Assembly: GCA_037441525.1 (NCBI GenBank)
Contig: JBBISA010000002.1
Coordinates: 75,302-139,301 of the forward strand
DNA length: 64,000 nt
Reading direction: 5' to 3'
Origin: Bacteroidota bacterium
GTDB taxonomy: Bacteria; Bacteroidota; Bacteroidia; Bacteroidales; UBA7960
The notes beneath the pieces are model-generated. The model had not been told where the DNA came from. It saw only the letters and a list, made by a program, of their open reading frames with translations, and ran no database searches. Of the stretch, positions 8,472 to 18,598 are shown piece by piece. The translations under genes and the position numbers were made by a program. Position 1 is the first letter of the stretch, and every line of letters starts with the position of its first letter.

Positions 8472-10502
8472 ATGCACCCTGAAATCAGTTTAAGAGAGTT
8501 TCAGTCGAGGATACTTCAGGGTATCCCCGACGAATTGCCGCCGCCCAAACCTTTCGATGCATCGGTGAATCATGCGCCCAGGCGAAAGGATATCCTTTCT
8601 TCTGAAGAAAAGAAGCTTGCCCTTCGCAATGCACTTCGGTATTTTCACCCTAAGCATCATCAGGAATTAGCCCCTGAATTTGCCCGTGAGCTTTTAGAAT
8701 ACGGTCGGATTTATATGTATCGTATGCGTCCTGATTACTCCATTTATGCCCGCCGGTTCAACCATTTTCCACATAAATCAAAACAGGCAGCGGCTATAAT
8801 GTTGATGTTGAGCAATAATCTCGATTATGCAGTTGCCCAGCACCCTCATGAATTAATCACCTACGGAGGAAACGGGGCAGTATTTCAGAACTGGGCTCAG
8901 TATCTTTTGTGCATGAAATACCTTGCCGAAATGACCGACGAGCAAACTTTAGTGCTCTATTCAGGCCATCCTGTGGGTTTATTTCCGTCGCATAAGGATG
9001 CACCAAGGGTAGTGATTACCAACGGAATGATGATTCCCAACTACTCCAAACCCGACGACTGGGAGCGTTTTAATGCTCTGGGAGTAACCCAGTATGGTCA
9101 AATGACCGCAGGTTCATTTATGTATATTGGTCCGCAAGGCATTGTACATGGTACCACCATAACGGTTTTAAATGCCGGACGAAAACTCGACCCTGCCAGT
9201 GAAAACCTTGCAGGTAAACTTTTTGTAACCAGCGGGTTGGGTGGTATGTCGGGGGCACAACCCAAAGCTGCTGTTATTGCCGGAGCGGTTTGCTTGGTTG
9301 CAGAAATAAATCCTAAGGCAATAGAAGTTCGCCATTGGCAAGGCTGGGTGGATGAAGTTTACGATGACCTTCACCAGGTGTTGGAAAGGGCCAGGAAAGC
9401 TAAAAATGCCTGGGAAGCTGTTTCAATTGCCTATAAAGGTAATATTGTAGATTTGTGGGAAGCTCTTGCTGCAAGCAATCTGAATGTTGAACTTGGGTCT
9501 GACCAAACAAGCCTTCATAACCCATGGGCAGGTGGGTATTACCCGGCAGGGAGTAGTTTTGAAGAAGCAAATGAGATGATGGCATCCCAGCCTGCGAAAT
9601 TCAAGGAAATGGTGCAGCAATCGCTTAGAAGGCAGGTAAAGGCTATCAATACGCTGGCGCTTCGCGGAATGTATTTCTGGGATTATGGCAATGCCTTTCT
9701 CCTGGAATCGGGCAGGGCAGGGGCCGATATATTTAAGGAAGACGGGAAATTTATTTATCCATCCTATGTTCAGGATATAATGGGACCTATGTGTTTCGAT
9801 TATGGGTTTGGTCCTTTCAGGTGGGTTTGTGCAACTTCCGACCCTGAAGACCTGCGCAAAACTGATGAAATTGCCACCCGTGTTCTTGAGGAGATGTATC
9901 ATGCTGCCCCTGAAGAAATTAAAAGACAACTCACTGACAATATCCTTTGGATTAAGCAGGCACAAACCAATAAATTAGTGGTGGGTTCTCAGGCCAGGAT
10001 TCTTTATGCCGATGCCGAAGGTCGAATAAAGATAGCTGAAGCTTTTAATACAGCCATAAGGGAAGGATTAATTTCGGGCCCGGTTATCCTGGGGCGCGAT
10101 CATCATGATGTTTCTGGAACTGATTCGCCTTACCGTGAAACATCGAATATTTATGATGGTTCGCAATTTACGGCCGATATGGCAATACACAATGCTATTG
10201 GGGATAGCTTCAGGGGGGCCACCTGGGTTTCGGTTCATAATGGCGGTGGTGTTGGCTGGGGCGAAGTTATCAATGGTGGGTTCGGTTTGGTACTTGATGG
10301 CAGTGAAGATTCCTCGCGAAGACTGCACTCCATGCTTTTCTGGGATGTGAATAACGGAATAGCCCGGCGCAGTTGGGCTCGCAACAAAGAAGCAATTTTT
10401 ACAATAAAAAGGGCAATGGAAAATGAGCCCCGGTTAAAAATAACCATACCCAATATGGCCAGCGAAGAAATTATTGATAGTGCCTTTCAGCTGGCCCGGT
10501 AA
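8472..10502 (+). CDS. hutU: Urocanate hydratase
   Basis: 676 aa, the long Bacteroidota form. Urocanase motifs throughout (YGGNGAVFQNW, GLGGMSGAQP, DHHDVSGTDSPYRETS, VHNGGGVGWGE). Confidence 0.95.
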   Translation: MHPEISLREFQSRILQGIPDELPPPKPFDASVNHAPRRKDILSSEEKKLALRNALRYFHPKHHQELAPEFARELLEYGRIYMYRMRPDYSIYARRFNHFPHKSKQAAAIMLMLSNNLDYAVAQHPHELITYGGNGAVFQNWAQYLLCMKYLAEMTDEQTLVLYSGHPVGLFPSHKDAPRVVITNGMMIPNYSKPDDWERFNALGVTQYGQMTAGSFMYIGPQGIVHGTTITVLNAGRKLDPASENLAGKLFVTSGLGGMSGAQPKAAVIAGAVCLVAEINPKAIEVRHWQGWVDEVYDDLHQVLERARKAKNAWEAVSIAYKGNIVDLWEALAASNLNVELGSDQTSLHNPWAGGYYPAGSSFEEANEMMASQPAKFKEMVQQSLRRQVKAINTLALRGMYFWDYGNAFLLESGRAGADIFKEDGKFIYPSYVQDIMGPMCFDYGFGPFRWVCATSDPEDLRKTDEIATRVLEEMYHAAPEEIKRQLTDNILWIKQAQTNKLVVGSQARILYADAEGRIKIAEAFNTAIREGLISGPVILGRDHHDVSGTDSPYRETSNIYDGSQFTADMAIHNAIGDSFRGATWVSVHNGGGVGWGEVINGGFGLVLDGSEDSSRRLHSMLFWDVNNGIARRSWARNKEAIFTIKRAMENEPRLKITIPNMASEEIIDSAFQLAR

Positions 10503-10568
10503 TTGTTTAGGGATTTTGAAAACAAACATAAATTCCCTTCCATGGTTTAACTGCTAAATTATTCGGCC

Positions 10569-10994
10569 ATGAATAAAATTACCAGGTTTCTTACGTTTCT
10601 CTTAATAGCTTCGGCACTTTTTCTTCACTCTTGTATTCCCGACGATTTTGATGATAATACCGACGACCCCATTGAAAAATTTCTTGGAAACTGGAAATGT
10701 GAAGAAACTGGTGATATTAACGGCTATTTTGGCCCCTTCAACGTTGAAGTGGTTAAAAATCCCAATAATTCCGCTGAGGTTTTGATACGCAATTTTAACT
10801 ACCAGGGCATCAATATTGCAGCCAGGGCAATTATTGCCGGAAATTCCATAGGTATTCCAAAGCAGCTCATCTGCGACGATACCATTGAAATTATTGGTTC
10901 AGGAACTTTTCGAAACGGAGAATTCATCCTTAATTACAGCACCAACGATGGAGCTGATCTTGAAAACATTAAAGCCAGGTTCTTTAAAAGATGA
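10569..10994 (+). CDS. Hypothetical lipoprotein
   Basis: Lipoprotein signal with lipobox (ALFLHSC). 141 aa. Confidence 0.5.
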   Translation: MNKITRFLTFLLIASALFLHSCIPDDFDDNTDDPIEKFLGNWKCEETGDINGYFGPFNVEVVKNPNNSAEVLIRNFNYQGINIAARAIIAGNSIGIPKQLICDDTIEIIGSGTFRNGEFILNYSTNDGADLENIKARFFKR

Positions 10995-11039
10995 GTTTTC
11001 AAGTAAAAATCACAACGGGAAACACTTCTGGAAATAATT

Positions 11040-11420
11040 CTATTGAACCTGTAGGTCCTCTGATTTCTCATCCAGCTTGCTTTGCATGATGCTCAGGGTA
11101 CTCAATACTTCATCCATAAGCCAGGTCATATCTTCAGGGTTGAGCATATAGCATTCATAGGCTTTTTCAAACTGTTGCCGGGTTATTTCGTGCTTCTGAA
11201 ACAAACCGGCATAATATATGGGCAAGGAATCGGTAACGCCTTCTCTGTGGGCGAGGTTGGTAACCCGTGATTCAAGCAGAAAAACATCGGTGAGTACGTT
11301 GGCCATTTTTCGCCGGGGAATAAAGCTCGAACAGGATGGTTCTCCTTTGAAAAAATCGCAGGAACCCAGAATAAATACTGGTAAAAGGAGAATTGCCAAT
11401 GTTGGCTTAAATCGGCCCAT
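11040..11420 (-). CDS. DUF4296-like lipoprotein
   Basis: Start moved to MGRFKPTLAILLLPVFILGSC (cat at 11418-11420), just after the rpe stop. The motif ANVLTDVFLLES...YAGLFQKHEITRQQFEKAYECY resembles DUF4296. Confidence 0.55.
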   Translation of the reverse strand: MGRFKPTLAILLLPVFILGSCDFFKGEPSCSSFIPRRKMANVLTDVFLLESRVTNLAHREGVTDSLPIYYAGLFQKHEITRQQFEKAYECYMLNPEDMTWLMDEVLSTLSIMQSKLDEKSEDLQVQ

Positions 11421-11425
11421 AAGGA

Positions 11426-12106
11426 TTAGTGTTGCAGGAGTTTTAGTTTTTTGATAGTTTGGGCAGGGTTGGCCGATTTGAATACAAAACTGCCAGCTAC
11501 AAGAACATCGGCGCCACATGAAACAAGTTTCCCGGCATTGTCAGTATCCACGCCTCCGTCTATTTCTATTAAGGCTTTACTGTTTTTACGGATTATCAGT
11601 TCCTTTAACTCTTCAATTCGCCTGTAGGTTGACTCGATAAACTTCTGACCCCCAAACCCAGGATTAACAGACATCAATAATACCAGGTCAACTTCGGCTA
11701 CAATATCTGAAAGCAGGTTCACCGGGTTATGGGGATTAATGACCACTCCTGGCTGCATTCCTTCTTCTCTTATTTGTTCAATGGTGCGGTGCAGGTGCAT
11801 ACATACCTCGTAGTGTACAGTTAGTCTATCTGCCCCGGCTTCTTTACATAATTGTATATAATTATCCGGATTTGAAATCATTAGGTGTACATCGAGCGGC
11901 TTGCGGGCAATGGTTTTGATCTGCGAAATAATGGAATAACCAAACGAAATATTGGGGACAAAGTGACCATCCATTACATCAACATGAAACCAGTCGGCAA
12001 TGCTGTTGTTCACCATTTCGATGTCGTTTGTCAGATTCAGGAAATTGGCAGCCAAAAGAGACGGTGCAATTAGATGCGGCATAAAAGGTATTATTTGGTG
12101 GGCCAA
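11426..12106 (-). CDS. rpe: Ribulose-phosphate 3-epimerase
   Basis: IAPSLLAANF, HVDVMDGHFVPN, MSVNPGFGGQKF and IEIDGG motifs. An alternative start lies at M9 (12082). Confidence 0.92.
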   Translation of the reverse strand: MAHQIIPFMPHLIAPSLLAANFLNLTNDIEMVNNSIADWFHVDVMDGHFVPNISFGYSIISQIKTIARKPLDVHLMISNPDNYIQLCKEAGADRLTVHYEVCMHLHRTIEQIREEGMQPGVVINPHNPVNLLSDIVAEVDLVLLMSVNPGFGGQKFIESTYRRIEELKELIIRKNSKALIEIDGGVDTDNAGKLVSCGADVLVAGSFVFKSANPAQTIKKLKLLQH

Positions 12107-12144
12107 AAATAGTAAGAATTCCGGAGCTCTTGTTTTATATGAGG

Positions 12145-12184
12145 GTAAAAAAAGAAAAACCCGCTGAATTAGTCCAACGGGTTT
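12145..12184 (-). terminator. Rho-independent terminator downstream of pnp
   Basis: On the minus strand: AAACCCG, a 14-nt loop, CGGGTTT, then TTCTTTTTTT. Confidence 0.5.
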
Positions 12185-12205
12185 GTATAATCATACCTGC
12201 AATCA

Positions 12206-14383
12206 TTAATTGGGATTTTTTTCGCGTTTCTTACCATCATCAACAGGCTTGTCGCGTGGCAGTAATACCTTGCGCGAAAGTTTAAATTTTCCTGTTTTTT
12301 TGTCGATTTCAAGGAGTTTCACTTCAATTTTATCACCGGCTTTCAGGTTGCTTTCTTCAATGGTTTCCAAACGTTTCCATTCAATTTCAGAAATGTGCAA
12401 CAAACCTTCTTTCCCTGGTAAAATTTCAACAAAAACTCCAAAAGGCATTACACTCTTTACAGTACCCGGGTAAACTTCTCCCACTTCTGGAATTGCGGTA
12501 ATAGCTTTTATTCTCGCAATTACAAAGTCGATAGATTCTTTGTTTTCTGAGAAAATATCGATAACACCAAAATCGCCTACTTCTTCAATGATGATGGTGC
12601 TGCCACTTTCTTTCTGCATTTCCTGAATAACTTTACCACCGGGGCCAATAACTGCTCCTATAAATTCTTTCGGAATAGTCATTTTAACAATGCGTGGAAC
12701 GTGGGCCTTATACTCATCGCGTGGTTTGGAAATCACCTCTTCCATTTTCGAAAGGATATGGAGTCTTCCCACCCGCGCCTGTTCAAGAGCTTTGGCAAGC
12801 AATTCGTGGCTCAGGCCATCAATTTTGATATCCATCTGGCAGGCTGTAATACCGTCGCGTGTACCGGTAACCTTAAAGTCCATATCGCCAAGATGATCTT
12901 CGTCGCCAAGAATATCAGAGAGGACAGCATATTTTCCGGTCTGCTGGTTTGCTATAAGGCCCATTGCTATACCTGATACGGGTTTGGTGATTTTAACACC
13001 GGCATCCATAAGGGCAAGTGTGCCGGCACAAACAGTTGCCATTGACGAAGAACCATTGGATTCGAGAATATCACTTACAACCCTTATAGTATAAGGATTT
13101 TCGTCTCCGTTGGGGAGAACGCTTTTAAGTGCACGATGTGCAAGGTTTCCGTGTCCGATTTCGCGGCGGCCGGTGCCTCTGAGCATTTTAACCTCACCTG
13201 TTGAGAAAGGAGGAAAATTGTAATGCAGCAGGAACTTACTCTTGCCTTCAACAACAGCTCCATCAAGTATCTGCTCGTCGAGTTTGGTACCAAGTGTGGC
13301 TGTGGTAAGCGACTGGGTTTCGCCACGAGTAAAGATAGCTGAACCGTGTGCCATTGGCAGATAGTCTACTTCACACCAAATATCTCTGATCTGGTCGGGG
13401 CGGCGTCCATCAAGGCGTATTTGCTCATTCACAACCATCTCCCTAACTGCTTCCTTTTCAATATCATGGAAATATTTTTTGGCAAAGGGAGCTTTAAGGG
13501 CAAGAGTTTCTTCATCAAAACGGGCAAGATACTCATCCAAAATTGCGCTGAAGGTATCGTGGCGCTGATGTTTGTTTAAAATAATTGAGCGAGCCGTATC
13601 ATAAACCTTTTTGTAAAGTTCATGCTGCATCTCTTCTTTTAGTTCCAGGTCTTCTTTTTCGGCAGGTATCGCTCTTTTAACAGTAGCTTTTTCAACCATG
13701 GCCGCCAGTTCAAGCTGGGCTTTGCATTGCATCTTGATGGCATCATGGGCAACTTTAATAGCTTCGATCATTACTTGCTCCGAAACCTCTTTCATTTCGC
13801 CTTCCACCATCACTATGTTTTCCAGGGTGCCGGCCACAATCATCTCAAGGTCAGCGTTGGCAATTTCACTTATAGAAGGATTTATTGTGAATTGACCATT
13901 TATGCGGGCAACTCTAACTTCTGAAATCGGGCCGTTAAATGGAATATCGGAAACCATAAGTGCGGCAGATGCTGCCAAACCCGCATAAGCATCGGGGAGT
14001 GTATTTTTATCGGCAGAAATCAGGGTGATCAAAACCTGTGTTTCGCATTTGTAATTATCGGGAAACATGGGGCGGAGTGCCCTGTCCACCAGCCTCGATA
14101 TAAGTATCTCATATTCAGATGGTCTGGCTTCTCTCTTGAAAAAACCACCGGGGAAACGCCCTGCAGCGGCGTATTTTTCCTGATAATCAACAGATAATGG
14201 GAAGAAGTCCTGGTTTTCAGCTGCTTCCTTCTTCGAAACAACAGTTGCAAGTAACATTGTGTTTCCCATCCGCACAACCACCGACCCATCGGCCTGTTTG
14301 GCAAGTTTGCCGGTTTCAATGGTAATGGATTGTCCGTTACCCATCTCAAACGTCTTTTGAATTTCTCTTGTAATGTTCGTCAT
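12206..14383 (-). CDS. pnp: Polyribonucleotide nucleotidyltransferase (PNPase)
   Basis: 725 aa with two RNase PH domains plus KH and S1 domains ([10 protein letters not shown]; [32 protein letters not shown]). Confidence 0.97.
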   Translation of the reverse strand: MTNITREIQKTFEMGNGQSITIETGKLAKQADGSVVVRMGNTMLLATVVSKKEAAENQDFFPLSVDYQEKYAAAGRFPGGFFKREARPSEYEILISRLVDRALRPMFPDNYKCETQVLITLISADKNTLPDAYAGLAASAALMVSDIPFNGPISEVRVARINGQFTINPSISEIANADLEMIVAGTLENIVMVEGEMKEVSEQVMIEAIKVAHDAIKMQCKAQLELAAMVEKATVKRAIPAEKEDLELKEEMQHELYKKVYDTARSIILNKHQRHDTFSAILDEYLARFDEETLALKAPFAKKYFHDIEKEAVREMVVNEQIRLDGRRPDQIRDIWCEVDYLPMAHGSAIFTRGETQSLTTATLGTKLDEQILDGAVVEGKSKFLLHYNFPPFSTGEVKMLRGTGRREIGHGNLAHRALKSVLPNGDENPYTIRVVSDILESNGSSSMATVCAGTLALMDAGVKITKPVSGIAMGLIANQQTGKYAVLSDILGDEDHLGDMDFKVTGTRDGITACQMDIKIDGLSHELLAKALEQARVGRLHILSKMEEVISKPRDEYKAHVPRIVKMTIPKEFIGAVIGPGGKVIQEMQKESGSTIIIEEVGDFGVIDIFSENKESIDFVIARIKAITAIPEVGEVYPGTVKSVMPFGVFVEILPGKEGLLHISEIEWKRLETIEESNLKAGDKIEVKLLEIDKKTGKFKLSRKVLLPRDKPVDDGKKREKNPN

Positions 14384-14501
14384 AATTCTTTTTTTTAAAT
14401 CTTTTCTTGTTCGTCTTTCTGCTATTTATTCTGTATTAAAACAGGCCTTGAATAAATAAGTTTGAAACAGTTAGTCTTTTGAAATATTTTCGGGTAAATA
14501 T

Positions 14502-14536
14502 AAAAAAAGGCAATTAATTGTTTAATTGCCTTTTTA
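14502..14536 (-). terminator. Rho-independent terminator/attenuator between rpsO and pnp
   Basis: On the minus strand: AAGGCAATTAA-ACAA-TTAATTGCCTT followed by TTTTTTAT. Confidence 0.6.
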
Positions 14537-14552
14537 AGTTTTTTCGGGGCTT

Positions 14553-14822
14553 TTATTTTCTCAGGTTTAACTGTTTAATTATATCCCGGTACCTTGTAAT
14601 ATCATTTTCTTTAAGATAATCCAAAAGTCTCCTTCTTTTTCCAACCAAATTGATAAGAGATGTTTGGGTTCCTTTGTCTTTTTTGTTAGATTTCAGGTGT
14701 TCAGTAAGATGGTTGATGCGGGTAGTAAAAAGTGCAATCTGGCTTTCGGGAGAGCCGGTGTCGGTTTCTGATTTGCCAAAAGTTTTAAATATTTCTTTTT
14801 TTTTCTCCTGATCGATGTACAT
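14553..14822 (-). CDS. rpsO: 30S ribosomal protein S15
   Basis: 89 aa with S15 motifs (GSPESQIALFTTRINHLTEHLK, LVGKRRRLLDYL). Confidence 0.97.
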   Translation of the reverse strand: MYIDQEKKKEIFKTFGKSETDTGSPESQIALFTTRINHLTEHLKSNKKDKGTQTSLINLVGKRRRLLDYLKENDITRYRDIIKQLNLRK

Positions 14823-14880
14823 GATATTGAATAAGTTTGATTGTCAACGACTTTTTATATTCTCCTTTATTTTAGGCTCG

Positions 14881-14911
14881 CAAAGATACGATATACTTTT
14901 TTACCTGCAAA
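14881..14911 (-). promoter_or_regulatory. Candidate Bacteroidota promoter for rpsO (-33 TTTG, -7 TATCTTTG)
   Basis: The minus strand reads TTTG-caggtaaaaaagtatatcg-TATCTTTG. The 19-nt spacing matches the TTTG/TAnnTTTG consensus. It lies about 58 nt upstream of the rpsO ATG. Confidence 0.45.
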
Positions 14912-15054
14912 ATAATATTGGTTATTTTTTTATGGTGTTGAAGTGTGCTCAAAAGACTGACTTTTATGGCGTTTCTTTTATACAGGCAGAGTTGTAATGC
15001 GAATGAACCTTAAACCCCAATTTCTGTACACTTCATAATTTGATTATAAAATTT

Positions 15055-15091
15055 AAAACCCTGATGTTCAGTGAATCACCAGGGTTTTTTT
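15055..15091 (-). terminator. Hairpin plus T-tract downstream of the tRNA (A/T flanks on both sides)
   Basis: CCCTG..CAGGG stem with two further pairs, flanked by AAAA on one side and TTTTTTT on the other. The stem is weak. Confidence 0.4.
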
Positions 15092-15092
15092 G

Positions 15093-15166
15093 TAGCGGGG
15101 ACGAGAGTTGAACTCGTGACCTTCGGGTTATGAATCCGACGCTCTAACCACCTGAGCTACCCCGCC
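15093..15166 (-). tRNA. tRNA with CAT anticodon (Met, or Ile2 if lysidinylated)
   Basis: The reverse complement GGCGGGGTAGCTCAGGTGGTTAGAGCGTCGGATTCATAACCCGAAGGTCACGAGTTCAACTCTCGTCCCCGCTA folds as a cloverleaf. It has a GCTC/GAGC D-stem, a TTCATAA anticodon loop and an ACGAG/CTCGT T-stem with GTTCAACT. CCA is not encoded. Confidence 0.85.
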
Positions 15167-15278
15167 GGCTTTTCTTTTTGTTTTCCCAATTTCTGCGGCA
15201 AATATGCCTTCGTTTTGAGTGGTGCAAAAATAGTAAACAATTTTAATTGACACGAAATAAAAAAATCTTTTTTCAAGG

Positions 15279-16172
15279 CTAATTCCGGGTTCTTAAGCGG
15301 GCTGATTGACTTAGTAAAACGCCTGATATTACGATGATTATGCCAAGTATTTTATTAGAGTCTATTTGTTCTCTTAATATGAGCCAGGCAAAAACAGCAG
15401 TGAATACCGGAATAAGATTCGAGAAAACAGAGGTGCGAGCCACACCGATTGTTCGGACTGCAATGGTGTAAAACATAAAGGCCAGCGTTGAGGCAAATAT
15501 TGAAAGCATTACCAGCGAGAAAATGAGTTGAGGAGTGGGTTGTACTCTGATGAAATCCTGAAAGTCGAAAACCAGAAACAAGGGAAGAAAAAAGATGGCC
15601 CCCAGCAAATTTTGATACTTTATTATGGTTGTCGAAGAATACTTCAAGGCTAGTTTTTTGAGATAGACAATATTGACCAGTGCTGAAAATACCGCAAAAA
15701 ATAGCAAGGCAACACCTGAGGGTGATGCGCTGAATTTAAACTCAAAGTCTAGGACCATTATCACAACTCCTGAAAACGAAACAAAGAATCCGGCTATATT
15801 CAGAATGGTAAGTCTTTCTCTGAATGTAATATAACCGAGTATAGGGGTAAAAACCGGTATTGTGGCAATTATAACCGATGCAATAGTGGGCGAAACCTGA
15901 AGCAAACCATAACTTTCGCCAAGAAAATAACAGAAGGGTGAAAAAAATGCAAGGATAATAAATGGCCGGTAATCGGAAGGGTGTATTCTTTCCTTTTTTC
16001 CCATCAGGGCAGTAAGTAAAAACATGAATATACTGGCAATAGTTAGCCTGAGAAACATAGTAGTCAGAGGGCCATAGTATTCAAGTACAATCTTCATCCA
16101 AATGTACGAAAGGCCCCAGAATGTTATGGCAAGAAGGGCCAGAAGGTAAACAAGCAGTGGTTTTTTGGACAT
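15279..16172 (-). CDS. DMT (EamA-like) family transporter
   Basis: 297 aa with about ten transmembrane helices in a duplicated EamA-type pattern. Confidence 0.75.
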   Translation of the reverse strand: MSKKPLLVYLLALLAITFWGLSYIWMKIVLEYYGPLTTMFLRLTIASIFMFLLTALMGKKERIHPSDYRPFIILAFFSPFCYFLGESYGLLQVSPTIASVIIATIPVFTPILGYITFRERLTILNIAGFFVSFSGVVIMVLDFEFKFSASPSGVALLFFAVFSALVNIVYLKKLALKYSSTTIIKYQNLLGAIFFLPLFLVFDFQDFIRVQPTPQLIFSLVMLSIFASTLAFMFYTIAVRTIGVARTSVFSNLIPVFTAVFAWLILREQIDSNKILGIIIVISGVLLSQSARLRTRN

Positions 16173-16281
16173 GCGGAGCTAAAATTTTGCGCAAACGTAA
16201 TAAAAATATCTCACCCAAAAATTCAATCTTTTACCCGGCGTTTTTTAAATCGTTTACTCAGACATTCAACATAATTGAGAG

Positions 16282-16289
16282 TACCTTTG
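16282..16289 (+). promoter_or_regulatory. Candidate -7 box TACCTTTG upstream of the COG0523 GTPase gene
   Basis: Matches TAnnTTTG 73 nt upstream of the ATG at 16362. I found no good -33 TTTG. Confidence 0.25.
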
Positions 16290-16361
16290 CAACTTTATCT
16301 CAATCTTTATGTTTCCATCAGCATGCTGATGTATTATTTTCTGACCAAATTTTATAATAGT

Positions 16362-17318
16362 ATGATACCCTATGAAGAGCCTTATAAAGCAAACAATTGC
16401 GTAAATGTTTATATAATTACCGGATTTTTGGGATCCGGAAAGACCACCCTTCTCAATGGTTTGCTTCAGGGTTTAGATTCGAAAAACAATTTTGTTATTG
16501 AAAACGAATTCGGACAGGTAAACATCGATAAAAGCCTGATTAAGGGGAATATAAATAAGGTTTTTGAGATCACCAACGGCTGTTTGTGTTGCAATCTCGA
16601 TTCCGATCTTTATGAGGCACTCGATCAGATAGCCCAACTGGAATCAAAGCCTGATAACCTTTTTATTGAAACAACCGGTATTGCTGATGCGGGAAATCTA
16701 TCTGCAATTTTCAGGGAAGATTTTGTCAGGGAAGTTTTTGATCTGAAAAAGATAATATGTGTGGTGGATGTTGAAGTGATTGAAGATTTTCTCTCTAAAA
16801 CCCCTGAAGCTGCGCGCCAGATTGTGGCTTCTGATCTTTTGGTACTTAATAAGGTAAATGCTTTGAATCAGGACGAGCTATTAAGGATTTCGGGTGTTGT
16901 TTCCAGAATTAATCCCTTTGCCAACCAGGTTAATACCACCGATGGGATAATTCTTACAGACCTGCTCAATGTCGCGAATCCGGCTAAGCCCCTTTTTCGT
17001 ATTGATCATGGTGTGCTAAATTCAACCACCCACGATGTTTCAACAGTTTATTATGAAACTGATGGGGTTTTTGATATTGAGAAACTGGAGTTGTTGCTTC
17101 GTACAAGCCTAACTATATATTATCAGGATATTTTCAGAATCAAGGGGTTTATAAGGGGGCTTCATAATAAAATCCATCTTTTGCAATCGGCAGGGAAGAC
17201 CCTGTCCATCAAACAGTCAGATGAAATTATTGAAAAGAGCCACCTGGTTTTTATTGGTCGCAAACTTACCACCGAAATTGCAGAACGGTTGTTAAATTCT
17301 GCAATAATAAAATCCTGA
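16362..17318 (+). CDS. CobW/COG0523 family G3E metallochaperone GTPase
   Basis: P-loop ITGFLGSGKTTLLN and metal-binding GCLCCN motif. Start moved to MIPYEEPY (ATG 16362). Confidence 0.8.
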   Translation: MIPYEEPYKANNCVNVYIITGFLGSGKTTLLNGLLQGLDSKNNFVIENEFGQVNIDKSLIKGNINKVFEITNGCLCCNLDSDLYEALDQIAQLESKPDNLFIETTGIADAGNLSAIFREDFVREVFDLKKIICVVDVEVIEDFLSKTPEAARQIVASDLLVLNKVNALNQDELLRISGVVSRINPFANQVNTTDGIILTDLLNVANPAKPLFRIDHGVLNSTTHDVSTVYYETDGVFDIEKLELLLRTSLTIYYQDIFRIKGFIRGLHNKIHLLQSAGKTLSIKQSDEIIEKSHLVFIGRKLTTEIAERLLNSAIIKS

Positions 17319-17341
17319 TATGGTGTTGATTATTTTGTGGG

Positions 17342-18439
17342 TTAGGGTTTGAAACAAAAATAAGAGGGGATTATTCCCACCCTAAGGGTATCAACAGGTT
17401 GCCCGTTGGGCTTTAAGCGGTAAACCCTTCCGGGTTGCACCAGGTTTTGGGCGTCGGCAATATAAATTTCTGATGACCAGGGATCAATGCCGATGTTGTA
17501 AAACCCGCCATCCATAGTGGTTTGGTGAGCACTTTTAACAAATAGCTCCGGTTCTGCTGTTGAAAGAACTACATGTCGATACACATGCCTGTTAACAAAA
17601 TATAGTGTGTCTCTACCTCCGTTAATACCCATTGCACGTGGATTATCGTTGATGTGAAAACGCCAGGTCTTTTCAACCTTACCGGTAAGGGCATCTATTT
17701 TCATTAACCCGGGGGCTTCATGGCCAAAGGGGTTGCCTTGAAAACCGCCATCACAAAGTATCCACAATTTGTTGTATCTGTCCAGAACCATGGCTTTGGG
17801 TTGTTTCAATACTTCAAGACGGCTTATCCATTTGTCGGTTTCAGTATCTATAACCAGTATGGAATTATCAAAACTCCAGCAATTTACAAAAAGATACTTT
17901 CCGAATTGTACCATCTGCTCTGTAGAATGTTGGTAAAAGGTCGAACCCTGATTTCGGACCGCGATAGAGCCTGTTAATTCAAAGGTTTTGGGGTTTATAA
18001 TGGTAATGCTTTGGGCATAAAGATCAGTAACGTAAGCCTTGGTGTCGGTTATAAAGTGCATATATCGAGGAGAAGTAAGCCCCGTTATCTTTCCAACCAT
18101 TTCAAAAGTATTTACATTCATCACATAAATCCGACCGCTATTGTTCACCACAATATATCCCAGGCTATCTCTGATGGTCATCGATAATGCCACATCACCC
18201 AGAGGTAATCCGTTTTTTCTGAAAAAGACTTCATTGAATACCTCGCCACTTTCTCTGTCGTAAAAGGAAAGCGAAGCATTGCCATACCAAAAATTCCCCT
18301 CGTTTACGATAAAAACACCACTGGAGGCTGCAGGCAGAGTTTGGTCGTCAATGCGCCAGAGAGCATCATCATCCATGCATGATGATGCCAGGATCACAAA
18401 GAAAATCATTATCAAGATTAATCGGAACTTATTTTTCAT
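17342..18439 (-). CDS. Beta-propeller surface lipoprotein (YncE/DUF5074-like; candidate BtuG analogue)
   Basis: Lipobox LASSC followed by [19 protein letters not shown] and repeated blade-like segments. Last gene of the riboswitch-controlled operon. Confidence 0.6.
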   Translation of the reverse strand: MKNKFRLILIMIFFVILASSCMDDDALWRIDDQTLPAASSGVFIVNEGNFWYGNASLSFYDRESGEVFNEVFFRKNGLPLGDVALSMTIRDSLGYIVVNNSGRIYVMNVNTFEMVGKITGLTSPRYMHFITDTKAYVTDLYAQSITIINPKTFELTGSIAVRNQGSTFYQHSTEQMVQFGKYLFVNCWSFDNSILVIDTETDKWISRLEVLKQPKAMVLDRYNKLWILCDGGFQGNPFGHEAPGLMKIDALTGKVEKTWRFHINDNPRAMGINGGRDTLYFVNRHVYRHVVLSTAEPELFVKSAHQTTMDGGFYNIGIDPWSSEIYIADAQNLVQPGRVYRLKPNGQPVDTLRVGIIPSYFCFKP

Positions 18440-18570
18440 TTAGTAGTCTACATTTGGTGGTCGATTATATTTTAAGAATACGGATGGCGCTGATTTTTTA
18501 TGATTAAGTTGTACCGCAATTTATATGTCTCGCAGTAATATGCTAATAAATTAGCTAAACTAACCTGAAT

Positions 18571-18598
18571 CCACAATCCACAATCCACAATCATCAAT
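18571..18598. repeat. Short heptamer tandem repeat (CCACAAT x3 plus a degenerate copy)
   Basis: ccacaat ccacaat ccacaat catcaat, abutting and slightly overlapping the receptor stop codon at 18594-18596. Confidence 0.6.

Noticed and set aside
8472-10502. hutU as part of a histidine-utilisation operon.
   Set aside because: No hutH, hutI or hutG genes flank it. The neighbours are small unrelated secreted proteins and lipoproteins, so no operon claim is made.
18571-18598. The heptamer repeat CCACAAT x3 as a possible CRISPR or phase-variation tract.
   Set aside because: It is far too short, has no spacers for a CRISPR array, and is mostly non-coding. It is kept only as a minor repeat feature.
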